A stretch of DNA of 63,986 bases, filler included, from Reticulomyxa filosa (Eukaryota; Protista; Foraminifera): the NCBI GenBank assembly GCA_000512085.1. It is 20 parts of 20 records of this genome, joined end to end, with 100 filler letters (N's around TTAATTAATTAA, not from the genome) between each part and the next. Parts side by side here need not be neighbours in the genome. Positions count along the whole stretch, not along the records: positions 25,586 to 29,366 come from ASPP01004794.1; positions 29,467 to 43,423 come from ASPP01025820.1; 18 more parts are not named here. One strand, written 5' to 3'. Below, in pieces: positions 25,624-39,169 of this stretch. The notes beneath the pieces are model-generated. The model did not search any database. It saw nothing but the letters and a program-made list of their open reading frames with translations, and was not told the origin of the DNA. A program made the position numbers and the translations under genes. Each line of letters starts with the position of its first letter. Position 1 is the first letter of the stretch.

Positions 25624-26680
25624 TGAGATACTGTTATTTTGTAAAAATGATGGATTGTCAATCGAGTGTAATGAAGACAATAAAATATTCCAATTTGAAT
25701 CTATTGATATGCTCAACAATTTGAACTTTATGGATATGTGAATGATATAATGGTATTTTTTGGTGGAAGAGATAAATACAATAATACGACTGCAAGTATA
25801 CACAAGTATATAATAGATGAAGACAAGTGGATACAGTGGTGTGAATCAACTCTATTCTGTTCATTGTATGCTTGCACCTGCTATATTGACTGAAAATCAC
25901 GAGTATGTGCATATTGTAGGGAGTCGCTGCACGCACTTCAAAACCAAGATAAAAAAAAAAAACTGGCTAAAAAAAAATTTAAAAAAAAAAATGAAGAAGA
26001 AACCATAATTGAAAAACTTTGCCTTATCGAAGAAGAAAAGATTTAAAGAAATTGAAGAAATCAAACAAGATGTGATCGTTATGCAATCAAGTGTTCACAT
26101 CAAAGAGTTGAAAGTTGCGTTGTTTATTATTATGAAAGCATCATTGCTTCAGACTCGAAGGACTGCACAATACGGCTCTGGGATGTGAAATTTGGTAAAG
26201 AGATAAGACGACTTAGGCATACAAAATAGGGTAACTGATGTGCAATTTTCACCAAATGATCAATTTATCGCATTCTCTTCTTTTGGCACAACGAATAACA
26301 TATGGAATTTACACGTCAGAGGAAAAGTAGATAAATTGTGTGGACATGATCAATCTGTGATTAGAGCACATACTATACTATTGTTTCCTGCTCTAAGGGT
26401 CAAATAATTAAGAATATGGGACGCAATGTCACATACAGAAATCAAAAAATTGACTGGATATTCAGGACCTGTCAATAACGTGAAATTTTTTCAGATGGCC
26501 AGACTATTATATCATGTTCAGATGATGCAACAATATGATTGTGGGGCGCAAAATATAAAACAAAAACCCAAATATTGCAAAGAGGTTCCTCAAAAATTAT
26601 TAAAGTGGATATTTCATCTGATGGAAATACGATTGTATCTTGTTCAAATAAAAAGACAATTTGGATATGGGGATTGTTGT
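25621..26680 (+). pseudogene. Disrupted WD40-repeat gene with kelch-like/coiled N-terminal remnant
   Basis: Remnants DCTIRLWDVKFGKEI, DVQFSPNDQFIAFSS, KLCGHDQSV and VDISSDGNTIVSCS, with many stops and frameshifts. Paralogous to the intact WD40 gene at 37256-38429. Confidence 0.7.
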
Positions 26681-27229
26681 AATGGAATTTTTCTTATCGA
26701 TTTACTATAGTAGAAGCATGTCTTACTGGTCCTACAACTAATTGAAATGGAATCCCTACCGCCGCTTAGAAGCAGGTGGTACTGTTACTGCCAAAAGAAA
26801 TGTGTCATGATTGGAAATATTGTACTCGCAGCAAGCTTTTTTCGTTGTATATTGAGGGAATGGAGCAATGAGAATTTATTGTGCTCGTAAAGATTTAGCA
26901 CTTTTAGAAGCGATATAGAAATATTTTGGATAAGGACTTTTGACAGTTCCACCGAAGATTACTTTTAATTTTTGAAAGTGCTAATCATAATTTCATTCAT
27001 CAATTGTTTTGTTTCTGTTCAAACTTATTATTAATACATGTTTCCAAATTGACTTTGAGTTGGAGCCATAAAGCAAATTTTAAAATATTGTTTGTGAAAA
27101 GGGGCTTCATTTTTCAAAATGAAAAAAACACTCAGACAATTGGAATATTTTTCTAAAACAATAGAACTTTTAAAAAGAAATAAAAAAACATTACTTTGGT
27201 CTCAAGAACTTTGAATTAAAAAAATATTG

Positions 27230-29366
27230 TTACTTTAGTTTAAAACTTGTACAGAACAATGTTTCTGTCCTACAATGGCTTTACGACTAACCCAATATGC
27301 ATCCAAGCTGTCGTGCTTTTTGAAATTGAAGAGAGCATTGTCACATTTTTCTTTAGTTTGCGGACAAGCTATGTGTAACAAAACCAAAAACCGAGTTCTA
27401 AAAAAAGGATTATGAATTAACTTTATGTAAACATATATTACCTAAGATGGAATTTGGAAGGCACTTGCCTTCCAATTGGATTGCTTGATTCAAAGCACTT
27501 CCAAAGATGTGAAATCTCAAACAGAACGGCCCAAAATACAACCTAACACGTTCCATGTGCAATTCCAACACGAATATGAATATTAATCGGATCTGAGACA
27601 TGACCAGGCTGAAATATGTTTGGAATGCGAGAATCTTTAAATTGAATGTGCATGTTTACTACATTCAAAGCAAATTCAATGATATGTTCGGGAATCCCTC
27701 CGAATGATACACAAATATATGCGTCCCTTTACATTTACATTTACATTTACATATGATTTATTAAAAAATCAATTTATAAAGAAGTTCCACAAACGAAAGA
27801 AAGTTAACCCAATGGTTTCAATCTTTTCAACATTGAATTGAGCAGCAAATTGATCATATTTTGAATAGAAATGATGCAACAAGGACACAACAAATGAGGG
27901 ATCTAATATAGAGGACAATTGGGTAAAACCCATGAGATCGGACTGAAAGACAGTCGCGGATTGGAACTGTTGTCCAAAAATTGTTTGCTTTGTTCGAGCA
28001 TAGATTTGCACAGCAATTGTTGTGCAACAAACAACGGTAACAACACTGATGTTGATTGCTCTCTCTCTTTTTTCGACTTTTCAATCGCTTCTTCATACAC
28101 AATATTCCTTCTCCATTCCTTTTCCTGCTTATACCCAATTATCATACTTACCAACAGTACCGATGTGTCAATAGCAAACGTAGGAACATTTACTACACAT
28201 CCACAAATGGGAAAAAGCACACAAACACAAAATTTATATATGTACGTATACATATAACATGTGTGTAAACATATATAAGTATATATGTACATAAAAAAGT
28301 ATGTATGTTGTAATATAAAAAAGTAACTGGAATTATGAGAGAGGAAACCATTGTCAACAAAAAAAACCATGACAAAGGAGGATATGCCGATTTCAAAAAA
28401 GCGGAATGGAAATACGCTAAAGGACAAGATATAAAAGACATTGGCAATAAACCTGGCAAATAAGCGATTAGTTTCGGCAGTGACGTAGGTGACACCCAGC
28501 ACGTGCAGCCAAAAAAAGACATACACGACAATCATGCAACGATAAAACTGCTTGCGTTGTTGTCTGCCATGGGACAATATATGCGAAATGCAAATTAGCA
28601 AATGAAAGATAAATGCCACGATAGCTTCCACAAGCAGTGGAATTAGTAAGTTCGATTGAATGTAAAAATTTGGAGGTGGTGTTACGTTTGAATTGAAATC
28701 TTCACTCACACTGCTGTCGTGAGGCATGCTTTTTTTTATTGTTATCACATTCATCAAAAGCATCAAATTGAATGCCCACAGCGATATTTGCGATCGTCCA
28801 TAATTTCGTAAATGTGTTGTAATTAGTTTCGTCTGATACATTTCCTCCAATTTAAATTCTTCGTTGCTTTTTTCTTTTCCAATTTTGGGAAAGTAAAAAA
28901 TAATTTTTTTAAATTAAAAAAAAACAAACTTGGTTTGTAAAGTAGAAAATCGACCATGAACAGGAATGTCATTTGATGAAATCGGTTTATTTGATTTTTT
29001 ACCAACAAAGACTGCAGTTATCTTTGAAAAAAAGGTTTTTTTGAAATTAGAACGTGTTTTTGTCGGAAAACGCAACGTGAATATGTTTGCATGCGTGTCT
29101 TCGGCATTTAAAAATTGATAAAAGTTCATTTCTAACAAATGTGCGTTGTCCGTTCTTTTGTGTCTGATATGTTGTTTTAGCCATGACGATGTCGACAATA
29201 ACATGTTATCGCTTTCATCGTCTTTTCGTTTAAATTAAAAAAAAATTACATCAATATTTATTATTATTATAAATAATGATTTTATTCTTTATTTTTTTAT
29301 TGTAACTGAGTCCGCGTACAACGTATGTACGAACGTTTCCTTTTCCTTTCATTGGAATGTCACCTC
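27230..29366 (-). CDS. Transmembrane class III (guanylate-type) nucleotide cyclase with three single-base frameshifts (errors or pseudogene), 5' partial
   Basis: TM block, then SVLLPLFVAQQLL, ATVFQSDLMGFTQLSS, VEKIETIG|DAYICVS, IHIRVGIAHG, LRFHIFGSALNQAIQLEG. Frame changes near 27985 and twice near 27525-27550. Confidence 0.8.
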
Positions 29367-30474
29367 NNNNNNNNNNNNNNNNNNNNNNNNNNNNNNNNNN
29401 NNNNNNNNNNTTAATTAATTAANNNNNNNNNNNNNNNNNNNNNNNNNNNNNNNNNNNNNNNNNNNNAGAGCCAGAACATCTTCGAAAGTGTTATCTTGTT
29501 CGAATTTTTTTTGACTGGTTCTTAAAAAAATTTAAATTTTAAAAATAAAAAGTGATACATGAGATTTTATTTCCGGTAACCAGGCAAGACAATAGTAAAG
29601 TTAACAACTACCCCCAAGGTAGTTGATGTATCGTCGAGTGTGTTGTCAGGGGTGAACTACAGACTTGAGGGGAAAGACTTGCGGAGCCTGGACCTCTTGT
29701 GCTGTAACAAGCTTCGGATGCAAGCGACTGCAAATAATATTTTTTTCTTAGTTTGAAATTCAAAAAATTTTGAGCTGCTTCTTTTATGACTGACTGTTAA
29801 AAAAAAATCTTTTGTGAAATTAAATTTGCGAGAAAAAAAAACATTAAAAAGGTAGCATGATTCAGTTACTCTTTTGCTCTTGAAACTTTTAATGTGTAGA
29901 AAAGGAAAGACAATTAAACACGTGGTAATTTTTAGTTTTTGGGGTTAGAATATATTTTTTAAGCACACTCGCAAAATTTTACATAAGCCATTCAACAGCC
30001 ATTTTTGTATAATCAAAACTGAACCAATGTCATTTTAAAACAATTTAAATAATATTCTCTTCACAATTTTTTTATTCACAAAATAAATGGCAAAGTATAT
30101 TATTTTTAAAATATCCAATGGCTATACGTCGATATATAGAAATATACATATTTTGTATCTTTGTTGTTTCAACAAAATAAATCCATTGATTTATGGCAGT
30201 CATTTTTTTCCATTTTAAATAATACAAGAGAATTGTATTTTTCAAATTTTCATGGTAAAAAATACACAATACAACAAAAAACACATTTCTAAAACTGTGT
30301 TAAACAACTTTTGTTCTTTCTGAATATACTATTGATTTGTAATACAGGTGTCATTGTCGATTTCAAATACATTTTTTGTTTTTGTGTTAAAAAGAAACCA
30401 CAACTGTATATTCAATTGATTTGAAATAAAAAAGTTTATCTTACATCTTTAAAGAAAAACAAGAAACCTTTGAA

Positions 30475-30670
30475 GGGACGACTGCTCTTAGCAATGATAA
30501 AATTGCAACACAACTTTTGTTGGTAAGTTTTGTTTCAAGCTTTTAGAAAGCTTGTTCTTAAAATTTTATCTGGTTTGAAAAGTCAAAAGAAGAGATCCAA
30601 ATAATTATTCAATATTGGATCAGAATATTACAAATTAAGATGTGGGTCAAAGATGTAAACAAAATTGTTT
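30475..30670 (+). pseudogene. Relic of the N-terminus of the expanded WD40 family
   Basis: EEIQIIIQYWIRILQIKMWVKDVNKIV resembles LVLEYWIRSSSIQIGWIGSFNKIIARY in the intact gene at about 38200-38298. Downstream sequence is decayed. Confidence 0.5.
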
Positions 30671-31360
30671 ATTTATTTTTGTATTTATACTATTTGTCTT
30701 TGTTGAATAGCAATGTGAATGTGTAAATATTAGTATATCTTTCGTTTTTGGTATTGCTTGGACTGATATGTAGTAAACAATTATATTGATCGAAACTGTA
30801 AATTATTTCGTATCAAAAGAAAATTTAGATAGCTGCAATGTCTAAGTAGATAATAGACTATTAGTTTATTTGCTCGTAATGCGAAAAGATATTACAAATT
30901 TTTAAGATCGGTGTAAAATGTGAATTTGCGAATCAATAAATAATGACTATATTTTTACATGTTATGTAACTGCGTACGTTCTTTGCCGAACATTATGTCA
31001 TTATGGTTGTAAAGTCGCTAGTGCGTTTGCAAAGCTAAATACCAATTAGATTCGTATAACACATCATATGTGATAAAAGCTGTTTTGTGTCTATCATCTT
31101 TGCGTATTGTGACATGTAAGTAACAAGATCGAATATCTAGTTTTGATTATATTGGACAACTTCTTCATCAAATCATTTATATTCGAATATTTTTTGTTGT
31201 AAGCTTTCATTGTGAATGTTCATTTTTTTTATACAAATTTCAAAATGATCTAAAATTAAAGAAAAAAGACAAAGAAGAACTTAAATGAAACAAAGTCTTC
31301 ATTTCGTATACAAAATGTAATAAAAAATATTATGAAATATAATTTATGGAAATATATCTT

Positions 31361-34186
31361 CTAAGAAAATAACAACTGTGTCGCTCCACTTAACAACTGT
31401 TCGTCACTTGGCCAGTTTTCAACAATCGATCCTAGATCATAATTGTACTCTGTTTGAAATTGTTTCAAAGGAAGATCGCACAATCCTATTTCGGAGGTGT
31501 TCCCACTGGGAGAAGATATAACATTATTTCCTAATATCGGCCAAGCAGACATTTCGCTTCCACAAGAAAAAATACCATATTCGTCAAGATCAACGCGTAG
31601 GACTACAGTATTATTAAAATATGCATCATTATATCCTGGATATTGACTATTAATGTTGAAGCCTCGTCCTACATAGGCTATTCAATCGAACAACACAAAT
31701 GTTTATTTCTACACCCTGCTCATTCCAGAAGAACAGATACCACTCACCGTAGATATTAAACGCATGGCGGTTATCATGCCCACCATAGTCCCCCTTTAAT
31801 CCATTCGATGCATAAACAAAAAAATTGTGATGTGTCCAGAAATAACAAGATCCGTCATCATTGTCAACAGCTTCTTGAGAATTGTAATTCGCAATGACGA
31901 AATTGAACGAGATTTCATCATCTGCTTTTACCACCGACGGCGTTCCATACCGTACGTCCGTTACATAAACTTGCCTGTCCCAACTATTGAACGGGCCTGT
32001 TTGTTGGACAATTTGTCATTTTTTCAAAACAACAAAAAAAGTAGTTTCGAAAGAGGAAGAAGAGTATAAAAAAAAACAAATGCAAACCATGATCACCCGA
32101 TTCTCGACATGTATTAAATAAAAGATTTTTAAAAATAAGTGATCCTCCACCAAAGCCGTCATTAAAATTTATTCCAGCCCTTGGACCATTGTAAAAAATA
32201 TTGTAGGCAATAACGTTTTGGCACGATTTGCCTTGAAAAAGAAAGGAGCTTTGCTTTTCCCAAATTCCTAATTCGTGCACATAATTTTGAATGATTTGAA
32301 CACCCCGTGGCTGATTTCCATCTGTTCCATCCCAGCCCATTGTTGAAGTATCCATAGAACTTGGGAATGTAATTCCATTGGTATCGCCCCACAATGTGAT
32401 TGCACTGTCCCCAGTCCATGCTATCTCATTGCGTGCAATGACTGTCAAGCGGTTATAGCGATTGACAGAAATGGCAATCCCGTCCAACCTCGTCATTTCA
32501 TTGTTCGAGATGGAGACATTCCATGTCCCGTCCAAATATATTGCTCCGGTTCGTTGTAACGCCCAATCTCCTCCAGACGGCATTCCATGGGGATCCAAAT
32601 ATGTGTATTGCGTGTTTTCCAATACTATTCCACGAATGGTCACGTTGCTCACTGGATTGCTCATATTTCCGATCAATGATATCAGTACTTTCAAATTACA
32701 GGCCTCCATGTCATCACTTGGCAACGGCGGCCCTGTTTTATTGTTATAATAATACAATATTCGAGTGCTTGTGTTAAAATACCACTCAGTTTCCATGTCC
32801 AACTCTTCGAATAAATTTTCAACATAAAATTCTTGTCCATTGTTGTTGCCACGTGCATCTTGAAATCCTCCTTTCTCAAATTGAAAGGTAGTATTTGTAC
32901 TCGTCTTTTCGTCAATAATGAACATCCAAGATGCCCAGTGCTTGGGACGCCATACATGAATGACACCTCCACTGACATTTCCATAGGGACTGTGCGGCAA
33001 AATATCAGGACCGTACTGCATGGCGTAAGGAATGCGATAGGGGAAGGGACTGCCACCCTCGGGATTCGCGCTGCACCAATAACCTGCTGGTGGTGTAAAG
33101 TTTCCACAGATACCTCCCATTCCTTTTTGTTATTATTTTTTGTATTGAGTGTCTATCGTATTACAGTTATCATTTATCAGTTTTTGTATTTTTTGATTGG
33201 TTGTCAATTTTTTTTTATTTTTCAAATAAGTAATACACGAACCTAAATTATAATAAGAATAGTACCCAAAAGTTGATGTATTTCGTTGAGGAAATTCTGG
33301 GTTACATTCAAATTCAGGAAGATAGGGGAACGGAGGAGAGAACCATGCCTTTGCTTCGAGTTTGCTTCCAAAACCCTGTGTTTCAGGGTTAGCATTAGGA
33401 TAACGTGCACGAATTGCTCGTTGCCCATTAACGCGCAAGCCCAGAATGTTATTGACTGTGTCTGGTACTTTGCACTGATAAATGTTGATGTTATTTGACT
33501 TTTGTTGATACAATTCCCACTTGCAATCAATTTCTATGCCACCGCTAATTGCCGCCCTCTCTCCATTGAAATTGGTCAACACCATATTGCTGTCGTCATA
33601 ATTCAACGCGATTGTCTCTTTCAAATAATAGCGACCCGCCCTGAGCACGATATACTTCATTGTCTCCCTTCCATACCCACGAACTTTTGCTACGTATTTT
33701 TCCAAAGACATATAATATCAAAGGTCATTTTATTGTTCAATAAAGTACCCCCTTTTTTTTGTTTGTGGCAAATGCATTTTTTTGTACCAAGGGCATGCTC
33801 AATCGATCTCAAAGGAAAAATCATGGTTCCTTCATTCATATCATCGCCTTTCTGTGAGTCGACATATACATATACCTTGTTGTTTTCGCTGTTGTCATAG
33901 ACCAGGTCTTCCCAAAGGGGAGCGCTCCTGTGATCATTTGGCCTTTTACGCTGCTTTTTCCCCCAATCGATCTTACTGGGCGACACACTACAATTGCTGG
34001 CCTCTGGGGCTCCGCTCAGTGCGTCTGCTATCTCTTGTAATTGATCCATGCTTAGATGAGGCTGAATCTCTACCGCAAACTCCAACGCTAGCTGACGCAT
34101 AGGACAATCAAACGTCTCTTTAGTAGCTTTGCCCACTAAGAATAGGAGCTTATCGACAAACATATGAGCACATTCACAATATCCAT
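31361..34186 (-). CDS. Secreted right-handed parallel beta-helix protein, GH141-like (multi-exon)
   Basis: VYVDSQKGDDMNEGT..FPLRSIEHAL, IVLRAGRYYLKETI, AAISGG, LRVNGQRAIRARYPN, FYVENLFEELDMETEWYFN and Asn-ladder beta-helix repeats. A signal-peptide-like start at 34186 needs a 1-base correction; otherwise the start is 34163. Confidence 0.75.
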
Positions 34187-34494
34187 TTCAGTCAGATGCA
34201 AGCTGACAATGGTTTTTATTTTCGGACTCGGGCGAAGTTGTTTATGCAACAAGAACCGATTTTCCTTCTTAGTTAAAAAAAAGAATACTAGGACTTGATA
34301 TCTTTCTCAACAAAAATCTCAAACCTTTATACGGAAGTAATAATTGAAGATTTTGTGTCTACTGTTTTTTTGAAGCTGCTTTCTACTCGCGCATCCTCAG
34401 GTTTTTATTTTAAGTTTTATAAAAAAATTTTCTTTGGAGAGTCACAAAAACGAGAAAAGGGGGAGATTGGGGATGGAGTCACCCCCGAGCTTGT

Positions 34495-34980
34495 TCATCG
34501 TGCAGACCAAATATGCTTGATAATGCGATGTTGGAATTTCCATTTATTGATTTTGGTGTCTTTGGTAAACGTATCCTCGTGTATTCCATAAGATATGATC
34601 ACACCTTCTTTTACACCTGTCCAGTAAGATCGATTCACAGCACGGGTCTCTTTTTCATGCACTTCGTTAAATGTGATGACAGGATTGGACTCAAAATGGG
34701 TTGTATCTTTAAATTTCTCATGCAAATTTATACAAAAACTTTCAATTTCTTTCGGCCCCTCAAATTTTTTGTTGATTCTTACAACTTCGCATGTACCATT
34801 TTCTGCAAACAATGAGGCCATTCCTTTTCCGTCTCCCTCATCCAAACATTGCAGAAAACCGTTGATACAGTTATTTACTTGCAATATATCCGTGGCTGTC
34901 ACAACTACTTTCTTTTTTATTGTTATTGCTACTATCATTGCAAGCGCTATTAAAACAGTACATCCTCCTCCTAAAGGCTA
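34495..34980 (-). CDS. SnoaL-like / NTF2-superfamily protein with N-terminal hydrophobic anchor
   Basis: TATDILQVNNCINGFLQCLDEGDGKGMASLFAENG...EGPKEI...THFESNPVI...GIHEDTF...WKFQHRII. Start uncertain. Confidence 0.75.
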
Positions 34981-35301
34981 GCAGAAACAAACAAATAAAA
35001 ATAAGGGATTTGATCTCAAGTTTTTGGAATTATTGACGTACATTGTCATCTTCAGTAGATGAGCCATGTGCGACGTGTTGGAGAATGGATTTCATCTTTT
35101 AGAATTTTTTAATTCCTAAAAAAAGTATCACTTCCCCATTTGTTCTAGTTACGCTTGTTGAAAATTTTAACCATCAATTTAGAGAAACGCCTTAAAAAAG
35201 AATTGAAAGAGCGCAGTATAAGTAAGATATAAAAAAACAAATTTTTTTTAACAGTACGAATTTTTTTTCGAAGAGTCAAAAAAAGGGACTTCCAGAAAAC
35301 A

Positions 35302-36903
35302 ATGGATTTCACATCTTGCCAGCGAGTACGTGAAATAATTGAAGAAAACACAAAAAGTGATCAAGTTGTGATCTCACACGAAATAGTGACGGAATGGAAG
35401 TCCTTATTAAAAGGAAATCCGACAGCCATTGAAGTCGCGTTTGAAAGCCTGATGAGAAAACTTTCGCACAAACACCCACAAACGCGATTGTTGTCACTGA
35501 TGTTGATGCATGTAGTGTTCCTCCGAAGCAAACATTTCCGTCAACATGTCATTAACGCACTGGACAAATTTTTTGAATTGACACTGGGTGTTCCCGCGCA
35601 TTGCGATATCAGTTTGAATGAACATCAATCTGTTTGCGTAGCAAATTATCCAAAAACGCCACCAAAAACAGTACAATATTTGTATGAACAAACATTGGAT
35701 TATCTGAGTGAATGGAATCACAAATTTGGGAATAGATATTACCGCCTACACATCGGGATAACATATTTGAGAAATATACACAAAATCATAGTGCCAAAAT
35801 ATCAGATCAAAAGTGAAGAAGAAGTGCATGACACAGGAAAATATGCGCAATGGTTGAAATTGGAAAAACAAATAAAACAATGGGTGAAATTGATAGGTCT
35901 GATCAAACGCAAATATCCACAGATGGTATCAATGCTGAATAATATGCAGCGGATGTTGGATTCTTTAAAACCACAATTTGAGGAACTATTGCAAAATCAA
36001 AGCAATGATCATGTATCCGCAACACTGACAACAGCGACAACAGATATTGACAAAACAGCACAAATGCAGGACAATGTTGTTCCGGTACATTATGGATTTT
36101 CATCTTCAGAAGACGAAGATGATGCTGATGACAAAAATGAATGGCAGTCATCTTCCTATAGAACGGACCATGACACATTTGGACTTAGTTGTTTGAATAA
36201 TAATTATACTTTGGAAATCACTATTGACACAAATTTTGAGACATTTTCGTCCCATATTAACCACGTGTTAGGGAAGGAAGGAGATACAAAAGAGGTGGAT
36301 GTTCATTCCAAAAAGCAATCGTTAATACCACAATTGCAATATCATCGATATTTGATTGAAACTAAAGGAAAGCATTTGATGGCAAAATGGAAATCCATTT
36401 TGACACAAAAACTTCCATTTGAAGAGTATAAAGACAATAGCACTTTACAAGGAGATGAGAAAGATGATATAAAATGGGGGCCTTTTCTCACTGCTAAAAA
36501 TAGTATTGTCAGTCAAATTGAACATTTGGAGTTGCAAATGAACGACAAAATTGCACAATGTGTGGCCTTGAACATTAATTGTCAAGACATTGGTAATCAA
36601 TCCAAAAACAATAAAAAACATTTACAAACACTTGTTAATGAAAATGATAAAGAATTGGCAAGACCTCCAATTTATAAAAGTGTTGGCATTTCACAACAAC
36701 TTAAACACGGCCATATCTATGGCGTTCGCAATGGTATGCGGCTACCTCCACATGCTGTTGAGAAATGGAAACTCACAAATTTGCGAAAGCAAAATCGGGC
36801 AAAGTTACTTCACATCGTCAATCACAAAAATACAAAAAGCGCTCATATGCACCCAGTCACTCCTATTAAAGCAGGAATGGGCTGTCAGTTCCCAAATCGA
36901 TAA
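35302..36903 (+). CDS. UVSSA: UV-stimulated scaffold protein A-like (N-terminal VHS domain)
   Basis: 533-aa intronless ORF. HPQTRLLSLMLMHVVFLRSKHFRQHVINALDKFFELTLG...PP...EWNHKFGNRYYRLHIGITYLRN matches my recollection of the UVSSA N-terminus. Confidence 0.78.
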   Translation: MDFTSCQRVREIIEENTKSDQVVISHEIVTEWKSLLKGNPTAIEVAFESLMRKLSHKHPQTRLLSLMLMHVVFLRSKHFRQHVINALDKFFELTLGVPAHCDISLNEHQSVCVANYPKTPPKTVQYLYEQTLDYLSEWNHKFGNRYYRLHIGITYLRNIHKIIVPKYQIKSEEEVHDTGKYAQWLKLEKQIKQWVKLIGLIKRKYPQMVSMLNNMQRMLDSLKPQFEELLQNQSNDHVSATLTTATTDIDKTAQMQDNVVPVHYGFSSSEDEDDADDKNEWQSSSYRTDHDTFGLSCLNNNYTLEITIDTNFETFSSHINHVLGKEGDTKEVDVHSKKQSLIPQLQYHRYLIETKGKHLMAKWKSILTQKLPFEEYKDNSTLQGDEKDDIKWGPFLTAKNSIVSQIEHLELQMNDKIAQCVALNINCQDIGNQSKNNKKHLQTLVNENDKELARPPIYKSVGISQQLKHGHIYGVRNGMRLPPHAVEKWKLTNLRKQNRAKLLHIVNHKNTKSAHMHPVTPIKAGMGCQFPNR

Positions 36904-37255
36904 CATATCTTTTTGGTATTTGTTGCAGTGTGCCAATTCAGAGAGTAAAAAAGGAAGATCAATTTAAAAACTATCTTTATAAACGCTTTAATCGAACTAA
37001 TTCTTTTCTTTGTGATCTACTATTAATAAAGATACACATAAACACATTTTGACTAAGTTGGCACACGTGTAAGCAGCACGAAAAACATGCTTAAAAAGTT
37101 TCTTTCAATAATTACAAAATGATAAACAACACCAATGCTTTGATTGAATTATTGAAATGAATAAAACTTGATGGCTTGCTACAAAAAAATTGAAGCATTT
37201 TTTTTTTCGCTCTGCTAGTGATCTGTCATCCATTGATACAGTGTTTATTACTTCT

Positions 37256-38429
37256 TCATCCCCACAATTGAATTTTTCCATCAGAGCAACATGATACAAT
37301 AGTCTGGCCGTCTGGTGAAACATCCACTCCATTAATATCTCTTGAATGTGTTTGTAGTATCTGAATTTCTTTTCCTGTTTTTATATTCCATACTCGAATT
37401 GTATTGTCCCATGCGACAGATACAATATTGTGATGATCTAGAAAATATCTCACACTCTTAATCGTATCCAAGTGTCCACATAATCTTTTTACTTCTTTTC
37501 CCGATGTTACATCCCATATTCGAATTGTCTTGTCAATTGAACCTGAGACAATGTATTTACCATCTGGAGAAAATTGAGCTTTAAATACCTCTTTAGAATG
37601 CCCTTTTAGCTTTTGCACCTTTTCACTGAGTTCCACGCTCCATATTTCAATGGTCGCATCTGCCAGTGCAGATACAATAAATTGACCATCTGGAGAAAAT
37701 TGTGCGTCATACACACGAGAAAAGGGCATTTGCATTCGTTTGATCTCTTGTCCAGATTTTACATCCCACAACCTGATGGTTTGATCCCACGAACCAGACA
37801 GAATCGTGTTGTCATTTGGTGAGAATTGACAACTTAGCACGATTGATGTGTGTCCTTTACATATTATCGGTTCTTCTACCGAATTCACATTCCAAAGTCG
37901 GATCGTCTTGTCATTCGAACATGATACAATAATGTTATCATCCGATGAAAATTGTACATCGTTTACCCAATCTGAATGTTTGCCCAATAGTTGAATAGTT
38001 TTCAATTTTAAATCCAATATCCCAATTGTGTTGTCATAGAAAGATGCAACAAGTTTGGTTCCATCTCTTGAAAATTTTACGCAACTTACACCCTTTGGAT
38101 GTTGATAAAATACTGGTAATTGTTTATAGTATTTAATCTATTATTTGTGTATGATTCCAAAAAGCAGTAATATTTTTGCAATGCAAATACACTAAACGTA
38201 TCGTGCGATAATTTTATTAAAAGAGCCAATCCATCCAATTTGAATGGACGAAGATCGGATCCAATACTCTAAGACAAGAATAAGCGTTTGCTCACTCTGT
38301 TTGGTTGTTGTTAATAAAAAGATGAAATTATGAGATTTTATCGAAACAAGAATGCAACAAAACTCTTACAATGACTGTATTTACTGCTGTAGTACTTAAA
38401 CGCTTGTTTTCGCCTTTCACTCTATTCAT
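37256..38429 (-). CDS. WD40-repeat protein (7 repeats) of a lineage-expanded family
   Basis: Regular GH...FSPDG..IVS.S.D.TIR+WD repeats ending IQLWG*. Two short upstream exons from ATG 38429. Confidence 0.9.
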
Positions 38430-39169
38430 TACAGCTCCCACTGTTACAAAATGCGTACAAACAAAGAAAGTGAGCTAATATAGATTTGCAAAATAAAAGA
38501 AAAACAAAGCTTCATCAATGTCTTTTCTGATAGCAAATTTGCACTTTTTTGACTTTTCTAAAAAAAGCTGAATCTTTGTCTTACATGTTTATTTAACTCT
38601 TTGCTTTAATTTCTCTGAAGTGAGATACAGATAACAAATTATTGTAGGTCCAATTATGACAATTGCAACAATGTTCTTTTCAGAGTATTGATATTTTCTT
38701 GGAAAACTAATCTCAAATCTACATCTTATGTTTTTAATCATTTCTGTAAAATTGTGTTCAATAACACATGTACGACAATTGATGTTTTAATTATTTTCCA
38801 AAGAATTTTTTTCCAGTTCTTTGCAAAGAAATCCAACAAGTGCAAAAAGTTGGATGTGAAAAGTGAATGGCCAAAGATAATTGAGACTATCGGTTAAAAT
38901 AATATTTCAAAGTTAGCGGAGAAAAAAGAAAGACATGGGCAAGAAAATGCTGGTGAATCTCATAAAAGAACAGAAAGTATACAAGCCAAATTGCTATAAT
39001 CGTCCCTGTTTTGCATTATAGAGAATACTTGATAGTTGACTTCGCTGAGACGTTAGTGCCCTCTTAGGGATCATGCAAAAAATTATTTTACGTAAATTTA
39101 ATGGAGGTAAAGAAAACAATAATATATCCCTCCAATCTTGCTTAAAATAGTCTACAACATACTAGGAAC

